From a virus (taxonomy: Duplodnaviria; Caudoviricetes): a stretch of 64,000 bases of DNA. The notes beneath the pieces are model-generated. The model was not told the DNA's origin. It made no database searches and saw only the letters and a program-made list of their open reading frames with translations. Of this stretch, positions 10,423 to 19,892 are shown one piece after another. Location of the stretch: positions 64,001-128,000 of the IMG/VR virus record IMGVR_UViG_3300027804_002812. One strand, given 5' to 3'. Every line of letters begins with the position of its first letter. The first letter of the stretch is position 1. Position numbers and translations under genes: made by a program.

Positions 10423-10591
10423 TGTTTAGTTCAACCCATTTATCTAAAAGATACTTCCTAATGAATACTGGCATTATTAAAAAATCAGAATAAGATATAT
10501 TCAAAAGTGTCTTGAGGTAGTAAAATTCATCTATTTGCCCTTTCCTATAATCAGAAGAAAGGACGAAAAAAGTCAACCCCAAACCCAACAT
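10412..10591 (-). CDS. Unannotated 59-codon ORF; T/gp51-like C-terminal chaperone segment (own ATG or frameshift extension)
   Basis: +1 frame relative to 10551..11294: MLGLGLTFFVLSSDYRKGQIDEFYYLKTLLNISYSDFLIMPVFIRKYLLDKWVELNKKD*; ISYSDFLIMP...RKYL resembles gp51/T-type chaperone motif; fills the gap to the tape measure gene. Confidence 0.7.
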   Translation of the reverse strand: MLGLGLTFFVLSSDYRKGQIDEFYYLKTLLNISYSDFLIMPVFIRKYLLDKWVELNKKD

Positions 10592-11294
10592 TGACTGTTA
10601 GTTTCTCTCCTGATGGGGCTATTACTGTTCTCGTTAAATCTAATTTTGGTTCATTTTCTTCCATAAACTTTCTTATGTATTTGGAATCTGCAATTGGCAT
10701 TTGTTCTATAAATCTTGCGATTTCAGATCTATCGGTTATTCCATTTACTTCAATGATTTGTTTGTTCAATCTCCAAGTAACTTTTGGTGCAGTTCTACCT
10801 TGTGGATATGACTCCGACATTTTTTGTACTTCCAAAATTTCGCCATAAGTCATGGGTTTCAATTTTACAGTAGTTTGTGATTTAGGTAACATAGTTATAA
10901 AAGTTCCATCATCAGACGGTTGTTGACCTTTAATAACATCTAATTCATCTAATCTAACTACCCCTTTGAATGGTTTTTTTGTAATCGGGTCAACCAAGTT
11001 TAATTCCATTTCAGGTCCGAACGAAGTATTTCTCAAAAAAATTAATATCGATTCAACATCACCTTCCAATAAATCTTCAATACGAACATCTGGTTCGTAA
11101 ATCTTTGATCTTAAAAGAGTTTGTGTCATGTCATTACCACCAGCCATAAGGATGTTTTCATCATTTGCGGTAAGATATCCAACTTTGATTGATTTTTTCT
11201 TATTCTTGTAGAAGAGACCTTGTGTCGGTAAAGGCACAACGTCGTGAGGTAACGTAAAATTCGATTGTCCGTGTTCTCTTGCTTGATTATCCAT
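10551..11294 (-). CDS. Tail assembly chaperone (T4 gp26-like / G-type)
   Basis: 247 aa; LPSxGxFY-like start (VPLPTQGLFY), YLTANDENIL, DLLEGDVESILIFLRNTSFG; lies between tube and tape measure. Confidence 0.7.
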   Translation of the reverse strand: MDNQAREHGQSNFTLPHDVVPLPTQGLFYKNKKKSIKVGYLTANDENILMAGGNDMTQTLLRSKIYEPDVRIEDLLEGDVESILIFLRNTSFGPEMELNLVDPITKKPFKGVVRLDELDVIKGQQPSDDGTFITMLPKSQTTVKLKPMTYGEILEVQKMSESYPQGRTAPKVTWRLNKQIIEVNGITDRSEIARFIEQMPIADSKYIRKFMEENEPKLDLTRTVIAPSGEKLTVNVGFGVDFFRPFF

Positions 11295-11300
11295 ATAAAA

Positions 11301-11339
11301 ATTTAACCGTAAAGTTTAGTGCTTTACGGTTAAATATAA
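11301..11339 (-). terminator. 14-bp hairpin + T tract after tail tube gene
   Basis: ATTTAACCGTAAAG-N7-CTTTACGGTTAAAT (11301-11335), followed on minus strand by TTTT, 6-7 nt before the chaperone ATG. Confidence 0.7.
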
Positions 11340-11375
11340 TTGTATTTGAATTTTAATAAATAGTATCTTGATAAA

Positions 11376-11864
11376 TTAGTAAACAAGTACGCAACGGTCC
11401 ATTCTAAGTGTTGCATTAATTGTCGCTAGTCCGTCTTGTGCGTAACTCAAAGTATTGAAGTTAACATCAGTTAAGAATGTTCCGTACAAAATCCATTTTT
11501 CTACAACAACACCGGTTGGGTCCAACATTTCGAGGTCGACATCTTTTTTGTAACCCGCAGCATAACCCATACGACCTGTTACAGATTCAGCATGTAAACG
11601 AACCCACTCCATAAGAGCTTGAGCCGCTGAAGGTCCAATTGGATCTCTAAACACCGCCGGAATTGTTTGCCAAGTGAATTTACCCGCGACATAAGTTTCA
11701 GTATTCAAGAAAGGAATTGGAACTGGGTTTATAATAATATGTGGTCTTGCAGAAGATTCAACAAACCATTCATTTATACCAAGAGATGATGGAAACCTTA
11801 GGATAAAACGATTCTGTCGTTTTGGTTCGTAAGGAATCGGCATTTTCATTAACAAATCAGCCAT
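11376..11864 (-). CDS. Tail tube protein (T4 gp19-like)
   Basis: 162 aa; EPKRQNRF, GKFTWQTI..VFRDPI, GYAAGYKKDVDLEMLDPTGVVVEKWILYGTF...NTLSY typical of gp19-type tubes. Confidence 0.9.
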   Translation of the reverse strand: MADLLMKMPIPYEPKRQNRFILRFPSSLGINEWFVESSARPHIIINPVPIPFLNTETYVAGKFTWQTIPAVFRDPIGPSAAQALMEWVRLHAESVTGRMGYAAGYKKDVDLEMLDPTGVVVEKWILYGTFLTDVNFNTLSYAQDGLATINATLRMDRCVLVY

Positions 11865-11957
11865 GTGTTTTTAATTTTTTTGTTTTTGTTATTTTATTGA
11901 TAAATATATCCTTTCACAAAAATTTTTCTATTTACTTTTTTTTTGAAAACGATATTC

Positions 11958-12788
11958 TTATTTAACTTCCTGCTTAACTCCTCCAGCAGTAGAATAAGTT
12001 TTTACTATATTATCTGGTTTATTTTTGAAGTGTTTTTGCATTACTTCTATATTTTTTGGATCATCGTCACTAAATCCTATAGATAAATTATCCGGATTAA
12101 ATTTATTACTTATATCCTTTTTTAAGAAAGCCTTTTTATTAAGCACTGCCGCCATAGCCTTAATGTAATTTACAAAACCTTCCATTGCCTCTACTTTAGC
12201 TTCTTCAGGATTAACTGCTCCTTGGTCATCTCCAAAAGACACTGGATGATACTTATTAAGTTCCAAATATGACTTAATTAATTCTTCATCACTCATTTCA
12301 TCTTCACCTATAAAAGACCTATATTTTTTAAGATTTTTAATTAACTCGTCTTTATCGATTCCGTTGAACCCTTCTATAATATAATTATAAATTGCTTCTT
12401 TTATGGTGTTTGGATTGTGTCCCCTCGCAGTAATTATCGCAAATATTGAACCGTTATTGATTGCTTCTCTGAAATCATCGAACGCTGGTCCTTCTTTCGC
12501 CCTCATTGCATCCACCAAAAAATCTTTATCCCCATCGGTTCTAAAGTTTCTGAACGGAGAGTCACTATAACCTACAATTGTGTTACCTTTATAATTAAAT
12601 GGTTCTTTTCCTATTTGATGTCTAAACTCAGCGAAATCATCAGTAGGCATCCCAACCTCATTACCACTCTCATCTTTAACTAAAATTTTAGTTGGCATAT
12701 GAACTATATTATCGTCCCAATCGAACGCATAATATTTTAAGTCCGGAGTACCCTCACTTTTGAATCCTTCTGTAAAAACTTTTTCCAT
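11958..12788 (-). CDS. HAD-superfamily phosphatase-like protein
   Basis: 276 aa; motif I YYAFDWDDNI, motif II IITARGH, motif IV GFSDDD. Confidence 0.65.
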   Translation of the reverse strand: MEKVFTEGFKSEGTPDLKYYAFDWDDNIVHMPTKILVKDESGNEVGMPTDDFAEFRHQIGKEPFNYKGNTIVGYSDSPFRNFRTDGDKDFLVDAMRAKEGPAFDDFREAINNGSIFAIITARGHNPNTIKEAIYNYIIEGFNGIDKDELIKNLKKYRSFIGEDEMSDEELIKSYLELNKYHPVSFGDDQGAVNPEEAKVEAMEGFVNYIKAMAAVLNKKAFLKKDISNKFNPDNLSIGFSDDDPKNIEVMQKHFKNKPDNIVKTYSTAGGVKQEVK

Positions 12789-12796
12789 TTGGCTAA

Positions 12797-12816
12797 AGGG
12801 GGGATTTTACCCCCCT
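12797..12816 (-). terminator. GC-rich hairpin after tail sheath gene
   Basis: AGGGGGG-ATTTTA-CCCCCCT; only a short T tract on minus strand, so may be a weak terminator or mRNA-stabilising hairpin. Confidence 0.55.
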
Positions 12817-12824
12817 ATTAATTA

Positions 12825-15800
12825 TTAGATATTTTCGAACGAAGCTCCTGTTGGAGTGATGAAGAATTCGATATCGATGAATTCTAATGCCTTCGTTGGT
12901 TTTAAGTATATCTTTCCTGTTAATGTATTTCTATCTAAATCTTCAGGTGAAGAAGAAACTGTTACTCTGAAATCATAAAGACCTCTGTCTCTTCTAATTG
13001 AATCTAAGATAGGGTTAACACTATCCAAGAATTGTTGTCTAACGATTTGGTCGTTTTGTTCGAACAACAATCTTACCGCTACTGCTGAAATCAACTTACG
13101 AGCTTGAAGTAATAATCTCCTTACGTTCAGTCTGTTAAGTGCTGTGTCAGCAACTTGTAAGGTTTTGTTACCCCAAATTACAGTTCCCACATCAGAGAAT
13201 GTTGCAATTGGGTTGATTCTACCTTGATACAAAGTATCTCTGTCTTCTTGAGTCAATTTAACTCTCGCTTTGATAGAGTTTACAAGACCTCTTGTGTAAC
13301 CCGCTGAAGCGAACCAAGGGAATGCAATGTTATCTGTCAATGCCAAGTTTCTACAAACTTCTCCTGTTGGTGGAAGATAGATTTGTGTATTATTAACAGT
13401 ATCTCTTGTAAGAATCCAAGGATAGTAAGTCGCAGTGTAGTTAGAATCAATACCTGTGTTATCCAAGTTGTCAACCGCTTCTTGAGGATAAATAATATCC
13501 TGTGGATTTGTTGCATCGGGAGTAAACATTTGGTAATCAGGTGTAGTTGCAATGTAAACTGAATCCGCTCTTGAGAATTGTACCATGTCAATAGCTTCTT
13601 CAACAAGGTTAGAGTTGTTTACATAATCAATACTTGATGTCGCAAATACGTTGATGTTCGTTGATTCAGGATTTGCAAATGTCAATATACCAAGTAAGTA
13701 AGCGTAGTAGTCAGTGTTCGCAAAATCTTGAGTATTGTTTTGAACTACAATTCTTTTGAATAGACCATCACCAGTCGCGTTTGGATATCTTGTAGATGGA
13801 GATGCTCCTGCCAAGAAACCTGTTGCTCCCAATTGGAATCTGTCCTCGTTAGTTCTAAACTCTCTATAAATGTCCCATCCATCAAAACCACCCGCGAAAC
13901 ATATTGTGAATTTTCTTGAGTAGATGAAGTAATAAGGGTTTTCTTGAGTTTCAGGGTCTCTTGTAAAGTCAGCAACACCACATTCAAATGCTGTTTGACC
14001 ACTTGTTAAAAATGAATTAGCAAGTGTTACTACTGTTGCGCCAGAATCCATGTGGAAACCTTTACTTAAATAATTCCATGGTGCCCCTTCAACAGGAAGT
14101 GGAGATGTAATCCAGCTAATAGGATTTTGTGTTCCTTTATATTGTAAGAATGAATCATCAACTCCAAATTGACTTGAGAAACCTAAGTAACTTCTTCTAA
14201 CAATGTCACCTGAAGATTCAGTTACATCAGTTGGAGCTCCGAATGGAGGGTTATAAATAACTTCACCAGGAAAGTAATATTTTGTTTTGAAAATTGGAAC
14301 TGGTGAAGGGTTGGTTACCGAAGAGTATTCTCTTTGTGTGTATCCATAGAAACCACAAGGGATAGCATCAATTGGTGCTTCGTCAGCCAACTCAATCATA
14401 ATGTAACGTGAAATCAATGCATACTCTCCGTCACTTGAACCGATTTTCTTAGCAACGAAATTATTAGATGCCGGATCCATGTTACAGTTAGTGAATTTTT
14501 CAATCACCACAGGGTTAGCGTCAGTGTCAAAGAAATTTCTAACCAACACATCAAATGTCATGTTATTAAATGATAAGTTAGTGATAGAAATTTTTACCTC
14601 TGTGTTTGCAGCATTACCGTCAGAAATTGATATAAACTTGAATAAGTTATAAACCTTATTACCTCTAAGTTCAGATACTAAATATGGTGTACTCGGTGAC
14701 TTATATTGAGTTACATTGTAAGCTATTGATTGTGAGTTCTCACTTCTAGCATCTTCAAGTGCTATCAAATTACAATTCAAACCACGAATATATCCTTGAT
14801 TATACGCATAATTCAAAGTATTAGGGTAAATCTCTTCAACATAAACAGGAACCTCGTTTCTTGATTTACCAAAGTTATCAACACCAAGAACTTTAGTGAT
14901 GAACTTAGAAGACGATGCCGCCATTGAAGTTTCAAAAGAGAAATTGTCTCCGTCTTTTGTTACACCTGAAATTAAGAATGTCTCAAATGGTGATTGAGTA
15001 ACACCTGAGTATTGTTCACTACAATTCAAAGTCAAAGCTGATAATGCGTTAACTTCATAAATCGGTCCGTGGTTGTCACTTGTAGAACTATTAGTGTATA
15101 AAGATATACCTCTTGAACGTAAAGTTGCAACAACCATGTTGTTATATTCAGAGTAAGCAGTTCCTGAGTAAGTATAAACATTACCAGATATCGTACCTGT
15201 GAATGTTGAGGACGCTCCTGAAGTTAATGAAGATACATAATAGAAGAATGAATATCCAGAATATGCATTTCCTGAAGTAATATCAAAGTTAGCATAATAC
15301 CATGGATCATTCGAATCAGAAGACAAGTCGTTAGTTGCAAGATTAACTGTGTCACAATCATATTCATTTATTATGTTTGAATAAGTTGCGGTCAAGTCAT
15401 AAAAGTTAGATTCAGGCATTGCTCCATAAACAACTGCTGTGTTAGCAGATAAAGATGGAGTATCCATGATATTATCAAGGTTACTTGTAAAATCCAACGC
15501 TAAAGTTGATGTGCTACCATCAGACAATCTATATTGAGTGTTAAAATTCGCAAGAACTTGTGGAGGTAATGCTCCACCTGTAAATGTTACAGTATTTCCT
15601 GAAGATGACCCTGAGAAGTTTGCACTCCATGTAGTTCCAGTTGCCGGATTAAGACCGATAGTTAATGGGTCAACATTCGCAGTTACCTTGATACTCCAAG
15701 ATGGTCCTGCGTCATATCCAGATAAACCTAAAATTCTCGTAACGAAAAGTTGGTTAGATTGTTGTAAATATGATTTTGCGATATAAGCCGCTTCATATTT

Positions 15801-16025
15801 CGGGATTTGTGTGTTTATAAATTTTGTAGGTTCAGTCCCCCCAAAATATGCTTGAAACTCATCATAGTTTGTGATAAAAATAGGTTCGAATGCGGGACCT
15901 TTAATTGTTTCTCCCACTAAACCTAGTGTAGTCACACCCACACTTTGAGCCACAAATGATAAGTCAGTTTCAGACGTATATACTCCAGGCGATACGTATA
16001 CCTTTTGATTTACTTGTGTTGCCAT
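12825..16025 (-). CDS. Tail sheath protein (gp18-like) with large insertion domain
   Basis: 1066 aa; N-term SPGVYTSETDLS, VGETIKGPAFEP; C-term YYPWI, PPTG, WFASAGYTRG, RDTLYQGRINPI, WGNKTL, RLNVRRLL, FEQND, IYLKPTKALEFIDIEF. Confidence 0.95.
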   Translation of the reverse strand: MATQVNQKVYVSPGVYTSETDLSFVAQSVGVTTLGLVGETIKGPAFEPIFITNYDEFQAYFGGTEPTKFINTQIPKYEAAYIAKSYLQQSNQLFVTRILGLSGYDAGPSWSIKVTANVDPLTIGLNPATGTTWSANFSGSSSGNTVTFTGGALPPQVLANFNTQYRLSDGSTSTLALDFTSNLDNIMDTPSLSANTAVVYGAMPESNFYDLTATYSNIINEYDCDTVNLATNDLSSDSNDPWYYANFDITSGNAYSGYSFFYYVSSLTSGASSTFTGTISGNVYTYSGTAYSEYNNMVVATLRSRGISLYTNSSTSDNHGPIYEVNALSALTLNCSEQYSGVTQSPFETFLISGVTKDGDNFSFETSMAASSSKFITKVLGVDNFGKSRNEVPVYVEEIYPNTLNYAYNQGYIRGLNCNLIALEDARSENSQSIAYNVTQYKSPSTPYLVSELRGNKVYNLFKFISISDGNAANTEVKISITNLSFNNMTFDVLVRNFFDTDANPVVIEKFTNCNMDPASNNFVAKKIGSSDGEYALISRYIMIELADEAPIDAIPCGFYGYTQREYSSVTNPSPVPIFKTKYYFPGEVIYNPPFGAPTDVTESSGDIVRRSYLGFSSQFGVDDSFLQYKGTQNPISWITSPLPVEGAPWNYLSKGFHMDSGATVVTLANSFLTSGQTAFECGVADFTRDPETQENPYYFIYSRKFTICFAGGFDGWDIYREFRTNEDRFQLGATGFLAGASPSTRYPNATGDGLFKRIVVQNNTQDFANTDYYAYLLGILTFANPESTNINVFATSSIDYVNNSNLVEEAIDMVQFSRADSVYIATTPDYQMFTPDATNPQDIIYPQEAVDNLDNTGIDSNYTATYYPWILTRDTVNNTQIYLPPTGEVCRNLALTDNIAFPWFASAGYTRGLVNSIKARVKLTQEDRDTLYQGRINPIATFSDVGTVIWGNKTLQVADTALNRLNVRRLLLQARKLISAVAVRLLFEQNDQIVRQQFLDSVNPILDSIRRDRGLYDFRVTVSSSPEDLDRNTLTGKIYLKPTKALEFIDIEFFITPTGASFENI

Positions 16026-16094
16026 GCTTTAATTATTCTATTGCAGATTTATTTTAATGATAAATATTCATATCTATATGAAAAAACTTGACTT

Positions 16095-16122
16095 TTGAAT
16101 ATCTATTTGTAAGGAGTATGAT
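16095..16122 (+). promoter_or_regulatory. Possible sigma70-like promoter for RHH gene
   Basis: TTGAAT-16 nt-TATGAT upstream of ATG 16146. Confidence 0.3.
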
Positions 16123-16145
16123 TTTATTCTACCTTTTTTCTGCCC

Positions 16146-16307
16146 ATGAAAACAACCAAAGAAATAAAGAATATCAAAATATCCCCTGAATCACACGAGA
16201 TATTAAAAAAGTACTGTGAAAAGCGTGGGATAAAAATCTATAAGTTTTTAGAAAATCTTATTATAGAAAATTGTAAAGAGAAGAAAGATATCTATGGAGA
16301 GGATTAA
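16146..16307 (+). CDS. Ribbon-helix-helix (CopG/Arc-like) DNA-binding protein, 53 aa
   Basis: Not in track; MKTTKEIKNIKISPESHEILKKYCEKRGIKIYKFLENLIIENCKEKKDIYGED*: beta-strand (KNIKIS)-helix-G-helix pattern. Confidence 0.65.
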   Translation: MKTTKEIKNIKISPESHEILKKYCEKRGIKIYKFLENLIIENCKEKKDIYGED

Positions 16308-17344
16308 ACCAACTGAGATTCAAACTTGATGGTGGACTCTAAGGAGTTATTAGTTTTGACAACATCAATCCTTAAAATATCATTTGTGGTGATTTGAATT
16401 TCTGAAACATCACTACCAAAATAATCACCATTTATATAAACATCAAAACTATCAACATTGGTCGACCCAACTAAAGATAAATTGGCAGTAAAATCAATTA
16501 TTTCACTTAAGGTATCATTTCCAACTATGTATAAAAAGTTGGATAAAAATTCATCAGGATTTTCAGGAAACTTTGGTCTCCTTCTTTTTAATACGGTAGT
16601 ATCTAATTCCATAATTTGAGCAACTCTAGCAATCGCAGGCTTGACTTCAAATTCCTCCTCATCAATCAAATAACCTAACATAGTGAAGTCATAATTCTGA
16701 ATAAAATATTTTCTAGCATCAAGTTGCATTTGTGACTCATCAGATATATTATTAAGAATAATTGGAACATATTGACCTTTAATAAAAGTGTAAGCCTGTC
16801 TTGAAGAAAACTTTTGCATTACAATCTTATTAAGTTGATTTAACTCCCTCATTCTATTACAAATAATTTTGACACTGTAATTAATATCAACTGGAACTGG
16901 TTGTGGGATTGTATATATATCCATACCTTGTTCATTACCATTCCAAGTTGGTACAGAAGCATAATAGAATTGTTTTCTGTTAGGTATAGTATATTGTAAA
17001 GACGGATTAGTTCCGAATTTAACTTCAGGTTGTCTTACCACAGTAATGAATGGAGGTTCAGGATTGAAATCTAAGTTGGTAAATAAAGCGGTCTCCACAT
17101 ATTGAGACCAATTTTGTGTTGTAATTATAATATCAACCATTGGAATTATTTTTCCAGCGGTCACAACTTGAAGATCTTCTTTGACAAAATCTAACATACC
17201 ACGATCCAAATCAGCATGTAATACTGACTTTGGTAAGTAAGTTCCATCTTTGTTTATATACTCAAGAAGTTGTTCTCTTCTTGCATACAAAGTTTTCTTC
17301 GGAACTAAAGGTAATGTAGGTTTGACTTGTTTTGGTAATGGCAT
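16304..17344 (-). CDS. Tail terminator/sheath stabiliser (T4 gp15-like)
   Basis: 346 aa; PVPVDINYSVKII...NQLNKIVMQKF resembles gp15 PVPY.+.FEL.I...QI.EQILP.F; upstream of sheath. Confidence 0.6.
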   Translation of the reverse strand: MPLPKQVKPTLPLVPKKTLYARREQLLEYINKDGTYLPKSVLHADLDRGMLDFVKEDLQVVTAGKIIPMVDIIITTQNWSQYVETALFTNLDFNPEPPFITVVRQPEVKFGTNPSLQYTIPNRKQFYYASVPTWNGNEQGMDIYTIPQPVPVDINYSVKIICNRMRELNQLNKIVMQKFSSRQAYTFIKGQYVPIILNNISDESQMQLDARKYFIQNYDFTMLGYLIDEEEFEVKPAIARVAQIMELDTTVLKRRRPKFPENPDEFLSNFLYIVGNDTLSEIIDFTANLSLVGSTNVDSFDVYINGDYFGSDVSEIQITTNDILRIDVVKTNNSLESTIKFESQLV

Positions 17345-17350
17345 CTTTTT

Positions 17351-17512
17351 TTATTTTTCAGAATTATCATGTCCACATTTATGACACATGTAAGGGTCTT
17401 TACCACCTTCAGATAATTTCCAAGACCAACCACATTCATCACAAATAACTTTCTCTTTGGTGACCTTTTCAATGATTCGAGTCAGCTGAGTTTCCCTAAC
17501 AATAATTTTCAT
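17351..17512 (-). CDS. Small zinc-ribbon protein, 53 aa
   Basis: Not in track; MKIIVRETQLTRIIEKVTKEKVICDECGWSWKLSEGGKDPYMCHKCGHDNSEK*; CxxC...CxxC; ATG overlaps upstream stop (TAATG). Confidence 0.7.
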   Translation of the reverse strand: MKIIVRETQLTRIIEKVTKEKVICDECGWSWKLSEGGKDPYMCHKCGHDNSEK

Positions 17513-18027
17513 TATATTCCCCTAAATTCATTTTCACTCACATAAGTGGCAACAATAGTTCTGTAAAAAGGTTTGTACCCACCATACGTATGTTTATTAT
17601 CAGATTTTACGTATCCATCATCGGCAACCACATAATATCTAACTCGGTTTTCCGATTCATAGTATCCAAAATAATCACCCATAAATATCTCTACACCCAT
17701 ATCATCCAAAGTTTTTTGGTAGATACTGAACTTCATGTTACCTGGCTCTTGTTGCTCTACTTTGGAATTTCCAAGATTTTTATGAGCGGGCGCCATAACT
17801 TGAACTAATCCTTTCAATTCAACAGGTGCGAGAAACTGTATCCCATCTTCCAATACTTCACCATATACATCATCAGTTTTTGTCTTCCTTCTATCAATAC
17901 GGTAAAGTACTATGGTGAAATTCATGTCACCGATTAGCCATTCTTCACCCATACCGATATCTAAACTATAATCTTCAGCTCCGAAGAATTTACCTAATCT
18001 TGTTATTGGAACTAACTTTTCTGCCAT
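17512..18027 (-). CDS. Neck/head-closure protein (T4 gp14-like)
   Basis: 171 aa; VLYRIDRRKTKTDDVYGE...F..PVELKGLV pattern; tail/neck context. Confidence 0.65.
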   Translation of the reverse strand: MAEKLVPITRLGKFFGAEDYSLDIGMGEEWLIGDMNFTIVLYRIDRRKTKTDDVYGEVLEDGIQFLAPVELKGLVQVMAPAHKNLGNSKVEQQEPGNMKFSIYQKTLDDMGVEIFMGDYFGYYESENRVRYYVVADDGYVKSDNKHTYGGYKPFYRTIVATYVSENEFRGI

Positions 18028-18102
18028 TATATTATGTGATTTCCTATATATTGATAAATACTCAGTTTATAACTATATTTTAACCAAATATTTTTCTTAT
18101 AG

Positions 18103-19854
18103 ATGAATGTAAGTCTAGAATCGAAAGCATTAGCACTATTGGAATCTTATGAAGGTGGAAATAACTATTTGCTTGAACTCAAACGAAAGTCTCAAATAAA
18201 TAAAAAATTCTATCCAACAAGAAGCCAATCTGAGTATATTATCAATAACCATAACAACCAACCAAAGGTTGCAAAGAAGTGGGTTATACTAGACGCATAC
18301 TTTGCAAAAAAGTTAGCGGATGACAAATTATATACCATAATACCTGATAGAGTATGGGTTGAAAAACTATTGTGTGATACAGAAAAAGCATTTCACATTT
18401 GGGGTAAGGTGTTCGAAACTGAAGAATTCCACGATTTTTGGTTACCAAAAGCAGCAATTATAAAAGACAATTCAGTTAAAGATGTTGTTATAGATTATGA
18501 AAAATATTCTCATAGACCTCCACTCCAACATCAAAAAGAATCAATCCAAAAACTTGTTGAAAATAAAAAATTCATATTAGCTGACGATATGGGTTTGGGA
18601 AAAACCACTTCAACAATCATCGCAGCTTTAGAAACAGGAGCAAAGAAGATTCTTATCATTTGTCCTGCAACTCTGAAGATTAATTGGAAACGAGAAATAG
18701 AAAATTACTCGGACAGATCGATATTCATATCTGAAGGAAAAACTTTTAGTACCGAACACGATTTTGTAATCATAAACTACGACATTATTAAAAACTTTCA
18801 TGACACTAAGAAAAAAGATGAATCGCAAGTTATTGCTGCCAATTTTGATTTGGTGGTCGTTGACGAAGCACACTATATCAAGAATCCTACGGCCCAAAGA
18901 ACAAAACTAATCAACGACATCGCAAAAAATGTTGATAGACTATGGTTATTGACAGGTACCCCGATGACATCAAGGCCAATGGACTATTTCAACTTGTTAC
19001 ATCTTATTGAATCACCTGTCGCCCGTAACTGGATGGCATATGCTATCAGATATTGCAGCGGATATCAATTTAATGTTGGAGGACGTAAAGTTTGGAACGT
19101 GACAGGGTCATCTAATTTGGAAGAACTACGGGACAGAACCACAGGTCTTGTCTTACGAAGACTCAAAGAAAACGTATTGGACTTACCTGAAAAAATAATC
19201 ACCCCTGTTTATTTGAGATTGAAGTCAAAGGCATACGAAGAAGTGATGGGAGAGTATTATGATTGGTACGATAAAAATCCCGAAGAATCAAAATCACTCA
19301 CGGTTCAATTTACTAAACTCACGAAAGTACGACAAATCATTGCCGATGAAAAAATAAGTCAAACGATTGAGATCGCTGAGAACATTATTGAACAAGACAA
19401 GAAAGTGATTATTTTTTGTAACTTCACTGACTCCTTAAATAAAATTTGTCAACATTTTGGAAAAACTGCAGTCAAAGTGGATGGGTCTATGGCTCAACAT
19501 GAACGTCAATTTAGTGTTGACCAATTCCAAGAAAATGATAAAGTAAAAGTATTTGTAGGTAACATTAAAGCTTCAGGAACAGGAATTACATTAACTTCTG
19601 GGGAGGTTGTAATTTTCAATGATTTATCATTTTTGCCGTCAGATATGGCACAAGCTGAAGATAGGGCATATCGTTATGGCCAAAAAAATAACGTGTTAGT
19701 TTATTATCCAATATTTGATAACAGTATTGAAGCAATTATTTACGACATCGTTAATGCAAAGAAAAAAGTAATTGCAACAGTAATGGGTGATGATAAAAAT
19801 ACTGCAGACGCTGCTGAAGAAATTATGAATAAAATTCACCAATTAAGGAAATAA
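18103..19854 (+). CDS. SNF2/SWI2-family (HARP-like) helicase
   Basis: 583 aa; LADDMGLGKT, DEAH, LLTGTP, VIIF, QAEDRAYRYGQ. Confidence 0.92.
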   Translation: MNVSLESKALALLESYEGGNNYLLELKRKSQINKKFYPTRSQSEYIINNHNNQPKVAKKWVILDAYFAKKLADDKLYTIIPDRVWVEKLLCDTEKAFHIWGKVFETEEFHDFWLPKAAIIKDNSVKDVVIDYEKYSHRPPLQHQKESIQKLVENKKFILADDMGLGKTTSTIIAALETGAKKILIICPATLKINWKREIENYSDRSIFISEGKTFSTEHDFVIINYDIIKNFHDTKKKDESQVIAANFDLVVVDEAHYIKNPTAQRTKLINDIAKNVDRLWLLTGTPMTSRPMDYFNLLHLIESPVARNWMAYAIRYCSGYQFNVGGRKVWNVTGSSNLEELRDRTTGLVLRRLKENVLDLPEKIITPVYLRLKSKAYEEVMGEYYDWYDKNPEESKSLTVQFTKLTKVRQIIADEKISQTIEIAENIIEQDKKVIIFCNFTDSLNKICQHFGKTAVKVDGSMAQHERQFSVDQFQENDKVKVFVGNIKASGTGITLTSGEVVIFNDLSFLPSDMAQAEDRAYRYGQKNNVLVYYPIFDNSIEAIIYDIVNAKKKVIATVMGDDKNTADAAEEIMNKIHQLRK

Positions 19855-19892
19855 AAGTCAAACTTTTACTATACATATAGATATTTATTATT

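Noticed and set aside
10533-10572. Canonical -1 frameshift in the tail chaperone
   Set aside because: The -1 frame hits TAG after 13 codons; only the +1/-2 frame gives a chaperone-like extension
1-18027. Interpretation as a bacterial extracellular contractile injection system
   Set aside because: Neck proteins, DNA polymerase, helicase, HNH, PhoH and gp55-like sigma indicate a replicating phage
19852-19868. Small hairpin TAAAAGT-CAA-ACTTTTA after helicase
   Set aside because: AT-only 7-bp stem, too weak to call a terminator
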